DNA of 50,628 nucleotides from Patescibacteria group bacterium (GTDB taxonomy: Bacteria; Patescibacteriota; Minisyncoccia; Minisyncoccales; Staskawiczbacteraceae): the NCBI GenBank assembly GCA_018895235.1, contig JAHIOM010000036.1, forward strand, positions 1 to 50,628, read 5' to 3'. The stretch's first letter is position 1. Each line of letters starts with the position of its first letter. Shown here one piece after another: positions 26,589-35,756 of the stretch. Under the pieces are notes generated by a model. That model worked only from the letters and a program-made list of their open reading frames with translations, was not told where the DNA came from and searched no databases. A program made the position numbers and the translations under genes.

Positions 26589-27677
26589 ATGAAAAAACGA
26601 AAATGTGATATGATGGGCCGGGGTATTTTGCCGATTAATGCAAAACTTCTGGTTGAAAAAGTTTCTTTTAAGTTAATTATTGAAAGTTTTGGCAGAACTT
26701 GTTTTGAAGCGCGAAATGTTGCTGAGGGAGCAAAACTTTTTAAAAAAATGATTGAAGAAGGTGATACTATTTGGCTTGGCATCGCTGGAGCCGGAATAGT
26801 TGGGGGTTTAGGCGGATATGTTATTGAGCTTATTAAAAGGGGGTTTATAGATGCAATTTGCACCACTGGTGCTCAAGCATATCATGATCTACATTTTGCC
26901 TTTGGTTTGCCTGTAAAACAAGGCGATTCAAAAGCTAACGACAACAAACTCCACAAGCAAAGGATAGTAAGAATTTATGATATGTATATTGACGAAGAAA
27001 AAACACTTTTAGCGCAGGATGAATTAATTAGAGAATTTTGTTCGCACCAGTTGCTTCCACTACGTACACTTGAAAATTTATCAATGTCTAGCGCAGATTT
27101 TAATTTTCGGCTCGGGAATTATGTTCTTGAAACGGCGAAGTTTCCCGAACGATCATTTCTTGCTGCCGCAGCAGATAATGGCGTGCCAGTATATTTTGAT
27201 TCTGGCTCTAACCACTCGATTGGAATGAATCTTGCTGCCGAGTATCTTAATGGATTAAATGTGGAAATTTCATCAAGTTTAGACATTTTGGAAAGCGCGG
27301 CAATTGTTTATAACTCAAAGACAACTGGTTTTTTCGAACTTGGCGGCGGAGGACCCAAGAATTTTATCCAGCAAACAAGTCCAACAATAAAACAAATTCT
27401 AGGAATAGATTTTGAAGGAGCTGACCGAGGGTTACAGATAACAACTGCATTGGAACGGGACGGCGGATTATCAGGCTGTACTTTCAATGAGGGTGTTACT
27501 TGGGGCAAATATAAAAAACCTTCAAAAGATCTTGTTCAAATATTCTGCGAATATTCTATTGTTTTTCCATTGATTGCTGGTTATGTTTTGGAAAATTGTA
27601 AACCAAGAAAACCAAAACAGCTTGTTTTGCAAAATGATAGGATGTTGGAAAAACTTAAAAAAGATAGAAAAAATTAA
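26589..27677 (+). CDS. Deoxyhypusine synthase-like protein
   Basis: GGGGPKNF, DGGLSGCTFNEGVTWGK. Confidence 0.85.
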   Translation: MKKRKCDMMGRGILPINAKLLVEKVSFKLIIESFGRTCFEARNVAEGAKLFKKMIEEGDTIWLGIAGAGIVGGLGGYVIELIKRGFIDAICTTGAQAYHDLHFAFGLPVKQGDSKANDNKLHKQRIVRIYDMYIDEEKTLLAQDELIREFCSHQLLPLRTLENLSMSSADFNFRLGNYVLETAKFPERSFLAAAADNGVPVYFDSGSNHSIGMNLAAEYLNGLNVEISSSLDILESAAIVYNSKTTGFFELGGGGPKNFIQQTSPTIKQILGIDFEGADRGLQITTALERDGGLSGCTFNEGVTWGKYKKPSKDLVQIFCEYSIVFPLIAGYVLENCKPRKPKQLVLQNDRMLEKLKKDRKN

Positions 27678-27699
27678 ATAGAAAAATAAGCCCTTTATT

Positions 27700-27728
27700 T
27701 TGACATAAAGGGTTTTTTATTGTATAAT
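27700..27728 (+). promoter_or_regulatory. typA promoter, with its -35 in the loop of the upstream terminator hairpin
   Basis: TTGACA-17 bp-TATAAT; CCCTTTAT/ATAAAGGG stem. Confidence 0.65.
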
Positions 27729-27741
27729 TGGTTTTTATATT

Positions 27742-29568
27742 ATGAATAAGATAAGAAACATCGCTATAATTGCTCACGTTGACCACGGAAAAACCACATT
27801 GGTGGATGCGCTTTTGCGTCAATCAAAAACCAATTTAAGCAAAGAGGTTGCTAACCAGGAATGCATAATGGATAGCAATGAAATAGAAAGAGAAAGGGGG
27901 ATTACCATCTTTTCTAAAAATGCATCTGTTCTTTACAAGAATGTGAAGATTAATATTATTGATACTCCTGGCCACGCTGACTTTGGAGGAGAAGTAGAAA
28001 GGGTTTTAAATATGGCTGATGGTTGCTTGCTTTTAGTTGATGCAAAAGAGGGACCTATGCCTCAAACAAGATTTGTTTTGAAAAAGGCCTTAGAAATGGG
28101 CCATAAGATTATTTTGGTTATAAACAAAATAGACAAAGACGGAGCCAGACCAGATTTTGCCTTAGAAGCAACCATGGAATTATTTTTAGAATTGGGCGGA
28201 CATGATCAAACCTTAAGCTTTCCCGTGGTTTATGCTTCAGGAAAAGAGGGAAAGGCAGGTAAAACCCCTGATATTAATAAAATGAAAGATATTATTCCTC
28301 TTTTTGAAGAAATTATCCAACATATTCCTTCGCCAATTGGAGATTTTCAAAAACCTTTGCAGATTTTAGTTACTTCTATCAGCGGAGATGATTTTAAGGG
28401 AAGAATTGCTGTTGGTAGGGTATATAACGGTACGATAAAAGCCAATCAAGAGATAATCCATATAAATAGGAATGGCCAATTTAATAAATACAAACTAGTT
28501 TCTTTAATGACTTTTTCCGGGTTAAATAGAGTTGATGCTTCAGAGGTTTTAGCTGGAGATATTGTTGCCTTAGCCGGGATACCGGATGTAACAATCGGCG
28601 AGACAATAACAGACCCTGTAAATCCCCAAGTATTGCCCCTAATAAACATAGAAGAACCGACTGTGAAGATGACTTTTATGATTAACAATTCTCCTTTTGC
28701 CGGCAAAGAAGGCCAGTTTCCGACCTCAAGGCAGATAAGGGAAAGATTATACAAAGAACTGGAAACAGACGTGGCCCTGAAAGTAGAAGACACTAATGAT
28801 GGAAAATGGGTTGTTTCTGGCAGGGGAGAACTGCATTTGTCTATTTTGATAGAAAGAATGCGCAGAGGGGGTTATGAATTTCAAGTTTCAAGGCCTCAGG
28901 TTATTACGCGAGAAATAAATGGTAAAATGATGACTCCTTACGAAAAGGTTTTTATTGAAGTCCCAGAAAAATACCACGGCACAGTGATACAAAAGTTAGG
29001 CGCAAGAAAAGGTGAAATGGTGGAGATGAGAAGCGCCAACACCATAGTATTTTTGGAGTTTATAATCCCGACAAGAGGGCTTTTCGGATACAGAAGCGAA
29101 TTTTTAACTGATACAAAGGGTTTGGGGATAATAAATACTGCTTTTTACCAATACCAACCAGATCCTGGAAATTGGCAGGAAAGAGCCCAAGGGTCTTTGG
29201 TTTCTCATGAAACAGGAGGAACCAATCTTTATGGCTTGAGAAATGTTCAAGATAGAGGGGTATTATTCTTGGGTCCGGGAATTACGGTTTATGAGGGCCA
29301 GGTTGTTGGCCAAAATTCAAGACCTAATGATATAAGGGTGAATGTTTGTAAAGAAAAACAACTTTCAAATATGAGGTCAAGGGGCGAAGGAGTGACAGAA
29401 CATTTTAATGTCCCAAAAACAATGGGGCTAGAAGATGCTTTAGAATATATCGGGGACGATGAATTGGTTGAGATTACTCCAAAGAGTATTCGCATAAGAA
29501 AAATCTATTTAAGCGACAACGACCAAAGAAGAGCAAATAGGAAAGAAAGAGAAAATAGTGTAAAATAA
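27742..29568 (+). CDS. typA: Translational GTPase TypA/BipA
   Basis: [31 protein letters not shown]-terminal [20 protein letters not shown]. Confidence 0.97.
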   Translation: MNKIRNIAIIAHVDHGKTTLVDALLRQSKTNLSKEVANQECIMDSNEIERERGITIFSKNASVLYKNVKINIIDTPGHADFGGEVERVLNMADGCLLLVDAKEGPMPQTRFVLKKALEMGHKIILVINKIDKDGARPDFALEATMELFLELGGHDQTLSFPVVYASGKEGKAGKTPDINKMKDIIPLFEEIIQHIPSPIGDFQKPLQILVTSISGDDFKGRIAVGRVYNGTIKANQEIIHINRNGQFNKYKLVSLMTFSGLNRVDASEVLAGDIVALAGIPDVTIGETITDPVNPQVLPLINIEEPTVKMTFMINNSPFAGKEGQFPTSRQIRERLYKELETDVALKVEDTNDGKWVVSGRGELHLSILIERMRRGGYEFQVSRPQVITREINGKMMTPYEKVFIEVPEKYHGTVIQKLGARKGEMVEMRSANTIVFLEFIIPTRGLFGYRSEFLTDTKGLGIINTAFYQYQPDPGNWQERAQGSLVSHETGGTNLYGLRNVQDRGVLFLGPGITVYEGQVVGQNSRPNDIRVNVCKEKQLSNMRSRGEGVTEHFNVPKTMGLEDALEYIGDDELVEITPKSIRIRKIYLSDNDQRRANRKERENSVK

Positions 29569-29627
29569 AATAGATAAGATAAAGGTCGGAGATTTTAATT
29601 AACAAATGAAAACAAAAAATATTTAAT

Positions 29628-29903
29628 ATGGTACAAGATGTTATAAAAAAAGACGGGACAAAAGTACCGTTTGACGCAGAAAAAATAAAAAAAGCAATTA
29701 CAGCCGCTGCTGCAGCGACTGATCTTTCAGAGGAAAGAAAAAATGAAGTAGCAGAACAGGTATCGGATACGGTAGTTCAAACATTAGAAAGTAAGAACGA
29801 AGCAACGACAGGCGAAATTAAAACAAATGTTCTTGCTGAATTGGATAAAGTAGAACCTTCCGTATCTGCGGCTTGGAGAAAATACGACCAGGAAAATAAA
29901 TAA
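29628..29903 (+). CDS. Stand-alone ATP-cone domain protein
   Basis: VIKKDGTKVPFDAEKI. Confidence 0.85.
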   Translation: MVQDVIKKDGTKVPFDAEKIKKAITAAAAATDLSEERKNEVAEQVSDTVVQTLESKNEATTGEIKTNVLAELDKVEPSVSAAWRKYDQENK

Positions 29904-29921
29904 TTGTTTGTTTTAATGGAA

Positions 29922-29957
29922 AAAAGCGCCCTACACCTCGAAGTGTAGGGCGCTTTT
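29922..29957. terminator. Bidirectional intrinsic terminator
   Basis: AAAAGCGCCCTACAC-CTCGAA-GTGTAGGGCGCTTTT between convergent genes. Confidence 0.85.
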
Positions 29958-29985
29958 GAAATTTAGTGATGGAATGTCTTTCAAC

Positions 29986-31146
29986 TTAACTAATCGGCAG
30001 TTCTATAAAAAAGGTGCTTCCTTTACCGGGACCTTCAGATTCTACCCAGATTTTGCCGTTGTGGGCTTCAATAATTTTGCTTGATATATAAAGGCCTATT
30101 CCTCTTCCGGTCGTAAAAAGCTTTTTAGCCTCTTCTCCTCTTTCAAAAATTCCGCTAAACAAAGTTTTCATATCTTCTTTTGATATTCCTATTCCTGTAT
30201 CCTGACTTAATATTCGCAATTTTTTATCTGAAATTTGAAATTTTATAGTTATTCCTCCTTGGGCGGTATATTTTATACCGTTATCAAAAATATTAAATAG
30301 CGCTACTTTAAGTTTTTCCGGGTCAGCTTTAATGGGGGGTAATTTTTCCGCAGGCTTATCTAACTTAAGATAAATATTCTTAGTCTGGGCCGTGGGTTGG
30401 AGTTCTTCTACTACCTCTTCCAGAATAGACTTTATTTCAATATTTGGCTGTAAAGATACTACCTTTTTGTCCAATTGAAATTGGGAGATATCCAATAATT
30501 CATTGACTGTTTTAATTAATCTATTGGCAGATGTTTGAATTTTTGAAATTACTTCTTTGGTTTTAAGCTGAACTTTACCGTAGGCCCCTGTTAAAATAAG
30601 TTCCGCATATCCTTTCATTGATGTTAAAGGGGTTCTCAAATGATGTTGGCATGCCATAATAAACTGATTTTTTGATTCATCTAACTTTTCCAATTTTCCA
30701 TAAGCTTCTTTTAGTTCTTTGGTTCTTTGTTCGACTTGATTCTCAAGTCCTTTAGCTAGTTCTTCTAAGGCTTCTTTAGCTTTTCTTTGGGCAAAATAAG
30801 CTTCGATAATTTTCTCCGTACTCTTGTTAAAAAAACGGCCATAAACAATAACTAAAATAAAAACAGAAATAATTACTAATTTTGAAATCTTTCCTTCGAT
30901 TAGAAAAGAAAGAACGAAAATAGAAAAAGTTAAAATCAAGCTGGTTATTAGATACTGATAAAACAAGCAATCACGGAATTTCAATTCACAATATCGACAA
31001 CGCGGAGCTGGGAAATAATTAAGATTTCTGGTTAACCAGCAATTTTCGTTAATATATTCGGGTTTTCCTATTTCCGAATGAATCAAGGTTCTCGCCGAAG
31101 GCGAGGTTCTTATTTTTTCTTTTTGAAATTTTTCAACTTTTTCCAC
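29986..31146 (-). CDS. Sensor histidine kinase
   Basis: HHLRTPL H-box; DNGIKY, DTGIG, GIGL, GKGSTF. Confidence 0.92.
   Translation of the reverse strand: MEKVEKFQKEKIRTSPSARTLIHSEIGKPEYINENCWLTRNLNYFPAPRCRYCELKFRDCLFYQYLITSLILTFSIFVLSFLIEGKISKLVIISVFILVIVYGRFFNKSTEKIIEAYFAQRKAKEALEELAKGLENQVEQRTKELKEAYGKLEKLDESKNQFIMACQHHLRTPLTSMKGYAELILTGAYGKVQLKTKEVISKIQTSANRLIKTVNELLDISQFQLDKKVVSLQPNIEIKSILEEVVEELQPTAQTKNIYLKLDKPAEKLPPIKADPEKLKVALFNIFDNGIKYTAQGGITIKFQISDKKLRILSQDTGIGISKEDMKTLFSGIFERGEEAKKLFTTGRGIGLYISSKIIEAHNGKIWVESEGPGKGSTFFIELPIS
31080..31111 (-). repeat. Truncated family C element inside the histidine kinase coding sequence
   Basis: Encodes RTSPSARTLI. Confidence 0.75.
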
Positions 31147-31172
31147 TTTTTAATTCAAAATTAGAGGTTCTT

Positions 31173-31233
31173 AATTCAAGATTATATGATTTTACATTAG
31201 CGAATCAAGGTTCTCGCCGAAGGCGAGGTTCTT
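31173..31233 (-). repeat. Family C element facing the histidine kinase, followed by an internally deleted copy (31152-31172)
   Basis: TTGATT-N16-TATAAT on the minus strand. Confidence 0.8.
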
Positions 31234-31657
31234 ATCTCTTAAAAATCTTTTTAAAAACAGCGTACATTATAGAGGCTACGCAAACACCAGTGAAGCTAGC
31301 CAAAAGCATTAAAAAAGATACTATTAAAACTAAAATCCAGGCAAAATCAACAAATTTTCCAAAATAGGAAAATAAAAAACCAACGAAAAGAAAGGTTCCC
31401 GACACACTACAGGTAAAAGCCAATTCCCCCAATTCTCTTTTGATTGGTTCCGACTTATCCCCTAATAGTTTCCTTAAGATAAAAAAATGAAGATGATAAA
31501 GAAGATTATATTTTACTGAAAAAACCTCCAAGATCATTAATGTACCAAGTATCAAGACCAACCAAGGATTTCGAAGAAAAAAAGCAAGCAAGGCCAAAAG
31601 CCCATAAATGATTCTGGAAAATTTTAAAGAGCGATCATAGATTAAACATTGTTGCAT
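31232..31657 (-). CDS. DUF4395-like membrane protein
   Basis: Four TM segments, terminal GVCVASIMY. Confidence 0.6.
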   Translation of the reverse strand: MQQCLIYDRSLKFSRIIYGLLALLAFFLRNPWLVLILGTLMILEVFSVKYNLLYHLHFFILRKLLGDKSEPIKRELGELAFTCSVSGTFLFVGFLFSYFGKFVDFAWILVLIVSFLMLLASFTGVCVASIMYAVFKKIFKR

Positions 31658-31739
31658 AAAAGTATTAAAATTATTTTTTAAAATATTCTTTTATTTATTT
31701 TTACTTATTTACGACTTTTTTACAAACACAAAGAGGCAG

Positions 31740-33101
31740 TTACCATTGGCCTGAACATATCTTTTTTACAGCCAAGCATGCTTTTCTCACATCTTCAAGA
31801 TCGTTATATATGTAAAAACTTAATCTGCAACTTGCAGGAGGATTTAATTCAAAATAATGATGAGCTAAAGTTGCGCAATGGCAACCAGCACGCGATTCTA
31901 CGCCTAATTTAGTTAGTCCTTCAGCAATTTCAAAAGGATTTTTATCTCTATCTGTGAATGCAATTAAAGAAGTTCTGTCTTCGGGATTTTTTGGACCATA
32001 GATTTTTATTGATGGTATCTCGCCTAATATTTCTAGCGCTTCTCCTATTAAAATTTTCTGATGAAACTCTACGTTTTTCATGGCTTCCTCTATATCCTTT
32101 CTTTCCAATTTTTTATCAGTCATAAAATACTTATATTTAACAGGATTTAGGGAAAAATCTATCAATAACCTTATAGCCTGAGCAGAAAGAATTGTTCCTA
32201 AAATATTGGGGGTTCCTGCTGTAAATTTCCAGGGAAGAACGTTATATTCTACTTTTTCCGGGCTAACCTTTCCTTCCGCGATCATGTCTCCTCCATAAAG
32301 AAATGGCCTCATTCTTTCAAGTAATTCCTGCCTTGCGTATAAAGCTCCGACGCCAAAAGGAGCAAGCATTTTGTGAAATGACCAGACAAGAAAATCCGCA
32401 TCTAAGTCTTTGACATCAGTAAATATATTCGGCACAACCTGCGCGCCATCAATTAATAGATAAGATTTTTTTTCGCCATCCGGTTGTATATAACCACTTG
32501 AATCAGCGATTTCTCTAATTTTTTTTATTGGATTTTTTGTTCCCAAGAAGTTTGAGGCACCCGAGCAACATATAAGTTTAGTCCTTTGGTCTACTAAAGA
32601 TTTTAGATGAGTTAAATCAAGTTCGCCCGTTTCTTTGTTAAACTTTACTAGCCTGTATTCCACATTGACTCCAAACTTTGATAATATTTCTTTGCATAGC
32701 CCATACCAGGGCACATAGTTTGAATTGTGCTCCATAAACGTTGAAATTACGTTGTCTCCGTCCTTAAATTCGGTCATCAAAGAATACATTACTGAATTAA
32801 TCGCCTCGGTGGCATTTCTATATAAAACGATGTTTTTTCTTGATGGAGCATTGATAAACTGCGCGATAGTATCATAAGAAGATTCAAACCTTTCAGTAGT
32901 CAATAAAGAGGCAGCAGACTGCCCCCTATGAACATTGTCGTATTGTACAATAAGTTTTTCAAATAAGTTCAATAATTGAACTGGAACCTGCGTGCTCGCT
33001 GCATTATTTGAAATAGTTCTTCCGGCTTTTATTGCGGGAAAAAATTTTCTTATTTTTTTTGTATTAATCATAATTTTTAAATCCAACAAATCGTTGCACA
33101 C
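31740..33101 (-). CDS. Cysteine desulfurase-like class V aminotransferase (SufS type)
   Basis: NNAAST, EHNSN, DGAQ, SFHKM, RAGCHCA, RLSFYIYN. Confidence 0.9.
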   Translation of the reverse strand: MCNDLLDLKIMINTKKIRKFFPAIKAGRTISNNAASTQVPVQLLNLFEKLIVQYDNVHRGQSAASLLTTERFESSYDTIAQFINAPSRKNIVLYRNATEAINSVMYSLMTEFKDGDNVISTFMEHNSNYVPWYGLCKEILSKFGVNVEYRLVKFNKETGELDLTHLKSLVDQRTKLICCSGASNFLGTKNPIKKIREIADSSGYIQPDGEKKSYLLIDGAQVVPNIFTDVKDLDADFLVWSFHKMLAPFGVGALYARQELLERMRPFLYGGDMIAEGKVSPEKVEYNVLPWKFTAGTPNILGTILSAQAIRLLIDFSLNPVKYKYFMTDKKLERKDIEEAMKNVEFHQKILIGEALEILGEIPSIKIYGPKNPEDRTSLIAFTDRDKNPFEIAEGLTKLGVESRAGCHCATLAHHYFELNPPASCRLSFYIYNDLEDVRKACLAVKKICSGQW

Positions 33102-33153
33102 AATTTTCCAAACGCAGCAAAATTTAACCGCCAGTATCCAGTATGTAACAATC

Positions 33154-33603
33154 CTAGCCCAATTTCTCTTTAACTAACTTAACCAATTCCGAAGGAGGAC
33201 AATTTGTTTTAATAATATATTTTTCTATGCTAAGGTTCTCGCACTTTTTTTTCAGTTCGGGATTAATGTAGTTAGTAAAAACAAAAACGGGCACCTCTTT
33301 TGTCTTCGCGCTTTGTCTGATCTTTTCTAGAACCTGGGTACCGTCGATATCCGGCAAAATAATGTCTAATAAAATCAGACTGGGCGTTTTCGCGTCTCCC
33401 GCTTCTATTTTTTCAATACACTTTACCATATCTTGACCAAGAGTGAAAGCTTCAACCTTAAAACCGGCGTTTTCTAGGGCGGTTTTATAAACTTCAATTA
33501 TAAGCGTATCATCTTCGACTAAAAATATAAGAACCCCTCGCTTCGCTCGAGAACCTTGATTCGCTGATGTACGATTATATAATCTTGAATTTGTTTTTGG
33601 CAT
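33154..33603 (-). CDS. Single-domain response regulator with a 21-aa repeat-derived N-terminal insert
   Basis: MPKT-[21 aa]-IFLVEDD, LLDIILP, FTN, IK. Confidence 0.85.
   Translation of the reverse strand: MPKTNSRLYNRTSANQGSRAKRGVLIFLVEDDTLIIEVYKTALENAGFKVEAFTLGQDMVKCIEKIEAGDAKTPSLILLDIILPDIDGTQVLEKIRQSAKTKEVPVFVFTNYINPELKKKCENLSIEKYIIKTNCPPSELVKLVKEKLG
33529..33591 (+). repeat. 63-bp family C element, antisense within the response regulator gene
   Basis: AAGAAC..GAGAACCTTGATT-N16-TATAATCTTGAATT. Confidence 0.8.
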
Positions 33604-33794
33604 GTTTTTTTTTGGATATATTATTTTATGTGTTGTTGTTATTATTATTATATTACAATTGTCCAAAATTTTAAAGAAGGGAAGAGGGAATAACTCACAA
33701 TTCCAAAAATATGGTACAATTAGTGACAAAGTCACAATAATTACAAGTTTGCGCCTTTATAAAAATAGTATTAAAATATATTAAGATACAAAAT

Positions 33795-33934
33795 AAAAAC
33801 CTCGCCCTTGGCGAGAACCTTGATTCGCTAATGTATTGCAGCTCACGCTGCATAATTGTGCGTTCGGTTGAAATACAAAAATTTATTTTTGCATTTCTTC
33901 CTTGCTTACAATTATAATTATATAATCTTGAATT
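33795..33934 (+). repeat. Family C element split by a 79-bp insertion (33836-33914), ending at the gspE/pilB ATG
   Basis: 5' part to ..CGCTAATGTA, resumes at TAATTATATAATCTTGAATT. Confidence 0.7.
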
Positions 33935-35680
33935 ATGAAAGTTGATCTAAAACAGTTAAAATCGTCGATAATAGAAATGGGACTGCTTAATAAAAAGCAA
34001 TGTGAAGACGCTTCTAAAAGAGCGGAAAAAAACCATCAAAGCTTTGAAGACCTGCTTATTATTGAAGGCCTGATTTCGCAAAATAAACTTTCAAATTTAA
34101 AAGCGTTTATTTTGGGGGTGCCGTTTGTGAATCTAGAAGGGGTGATTATCCTTCCAGAAATTTTAAAAATTATTCCGGAACCGATAGCCAGGACTCACAA
34201 TATTATTGCTTTTAGAAAAGACAGCAACAACTTAGAGGTGGCGATGATTAATCCGGAAGATCTGGCGACAGTCGATTTTATTGGGAAAAAAGCAAACTTA
34301 AGAATATTGCCCCGTCTTACCACGCCCGATAGCATCAAAAACGCCCTAGGGCAATATCAAAAAACTCTTGAAAAAGAATTCGGCAATATTATTAAAAAAG
34401 AAACCGACGATATGTTGATCAAGACAGATGGAAAAAAAGGAGGGGATGAGGAATTGAAGAAGGTGGCCGAAGAGTTGCCGATAATCAAGATAGTGGATAC
34501 CTTGCTCAAACACGCCATATTGCAAGGGGCTTCGGATATTCATATTGAGCCGTCTGAAAAAGAAATGATAGTTCGTTACAGGATTGATGGTATTTTGCGG
34601 GACGTTATGGTTTTGCCGGTACTTATTAATTCCGGAATCGTAGCGAGAATTAAAGTATTATCTAATTTAAAACTGGATGAACACCGCCTTCCGCAAGACG
34701 GAAGGTTTAAATTCGAAAGCGGGGAAGATAATTATTCTGTTCGTGTTTCTATTTTGCCAATTTTTGATGGTGAGAAAATTGTAATGCGTCTTTTGTCAGA
34801 AAACACACAAGCAATTTCCCTAGAACAACTGGGCTTAAGCGGTGCGGCTTTGGATATGGTTGAGGGAAAATTAAGAAAGCCGGTCGGAATGACTTTGGTT
34901 ACGGGTCCAACCGGATCGGGCAAGACAACCACTCTTTATTCGGTGCTTGAAATTTTGAATACTTCCCAAGTGAATATTTCCACTATTGAAGACCCTGTTG
35001 AATACAGAATACCTAGAATCAATCAAACGCAAGTCAATTCTAAAATAGGTCTTACTTTTGCCTCAGGTCTTAGATCATTGGTCAGACAAGACCCGAATGT
35101 TATCATGGTCGGAGAAATACGCGACAACGAAACCGCTTCATTGGCGATTAATGCCAGTTTAACAGGCCACTTGGTTTTATCCACTCTTCACACAATTAGT
35201 GCCGCAGGAGCCATTCCCCGTTTAATTGATATGGAGGTTGAGCCTTTTTTGCTTTCTTCAACCCTAAACATTATTATCGCTCAAAGATTGGTAAGAAAAC
35301 TTTCTTCTAAAAAAGAAAAATACACATTAAAAAACGAGGATTTAAAAAATCTATCCAAATATTGCGATTTAGACAGGGTCTCGCGGGTTTTAAAAGAAGA
35401 AAAAGTAATAAAAACCAAAGACACCATAAAAGATGTTGTTTTTTATCATCCTCAACCCTCGCCAGAATCGCCTGATGGGTATAGCGGAAGAATTGGTATT
35501 TATGAGGTTTTAAATGTTACAGAAACAATAAAAGAGATGATCGTTAAACGCAACACCTCGGACGAAATCCAAGCTCAAGCGCAAAAGGAGGGAATGAAAA
35601 CGATGATTGAGGACGGGTTTGTTAAGGCTGCTCGAGGAATCACCACTATTGAAGAAGTGTTAAGAGTTATTATGGATTAA
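33935..35680 (+). CDS. pilB: Type IV pilus/T2SS assembly ATPase (PilB/GspE family)
   Basis: GPTGSGKTTT, TIEDPVE, LVRQDPNVIMVGEIRD, TGHLVLSTLH. Confidence 0.9.
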   Translation: MKVDLKQLKSSIIEMGLLNKKQCEDASKRAEKNHQSFEDLLIIEGLISQNKLSNLKAFILGVPFVNLEGVIILPEILKIIPEPIARTHNIIAFRKDSNNLEVAMINPEDLATVDFIGKKANLRILPRLTTPDSIKNALGQYQKTLEKEFGNIIKKETDDMLIKTDGKKGGDEELKKVAEELPIIKIVDTLLKHAILQGASDIHIEPSEKEMIVRYRIDGILRDVMVLPVLINSGIVARIKVLSNLKLDEHRLPQDGRFKFESGEDNYSVRVSILPIFDGEKIVMRLLSENTQAISLEQLGLSGAALDMVEGKLRKPVGMTLVTGPTGSGKTTTLYSVLEILNTSQVNISTIEDPVEYRIPRINQTQVNSKIGLTFASGLRSLVRQDPNVIMVGEIRDNETASLAINASLTGHLVLSTLHTISAAGAIPRLIDMEVEPFLLSSTLNIIIAQRLVRKLSSKKEKYTLKNEDLKNLSKYCDLDRVSRVLKEEKVIKTKDTIKDVVFYHPQPSPESPDGYSGRIGIYEVLNVTETIKEMIVKRNTSDEIQAQAQKEGMKTMIEDGFVKAARGITTIEEVLRVIMD

Positions 35681-35690
35681 TAAAGAATAT

Positions 35691-35751
35691 AAGAACATCG
35701 CCTTCGGCGAGAACCTTGATTCGCTAAGGTGTAATTATATAATCTTAAATT
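35691..35751 (+). repeat. Family C element upstream of pilC
   Basis: TTGATT-N16-TATAAT; ATAT on both flanks. Confidence 0.8.
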
Positions 35752-35756
35752 ATATT

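Noticed and set aside
26589-27677. Bacterial hypusination system
   Set aside because: DHS-like genes are known in bacteria, and no efp or partner gene is adjacent to support a new pathway.
14241-29590. AGGTCG motif upstream of starts (14241, 29583; AGGCCG at 13974)
   Set aside because: Only 2-3 instances, too few to support a regulatory motif from this window.
33604-33735. Long N-terminal extension of the response regulator in the ORF track
   Set aside because: Low-complexity AT-rich sequence; ATG 33603 gives a canonical start.
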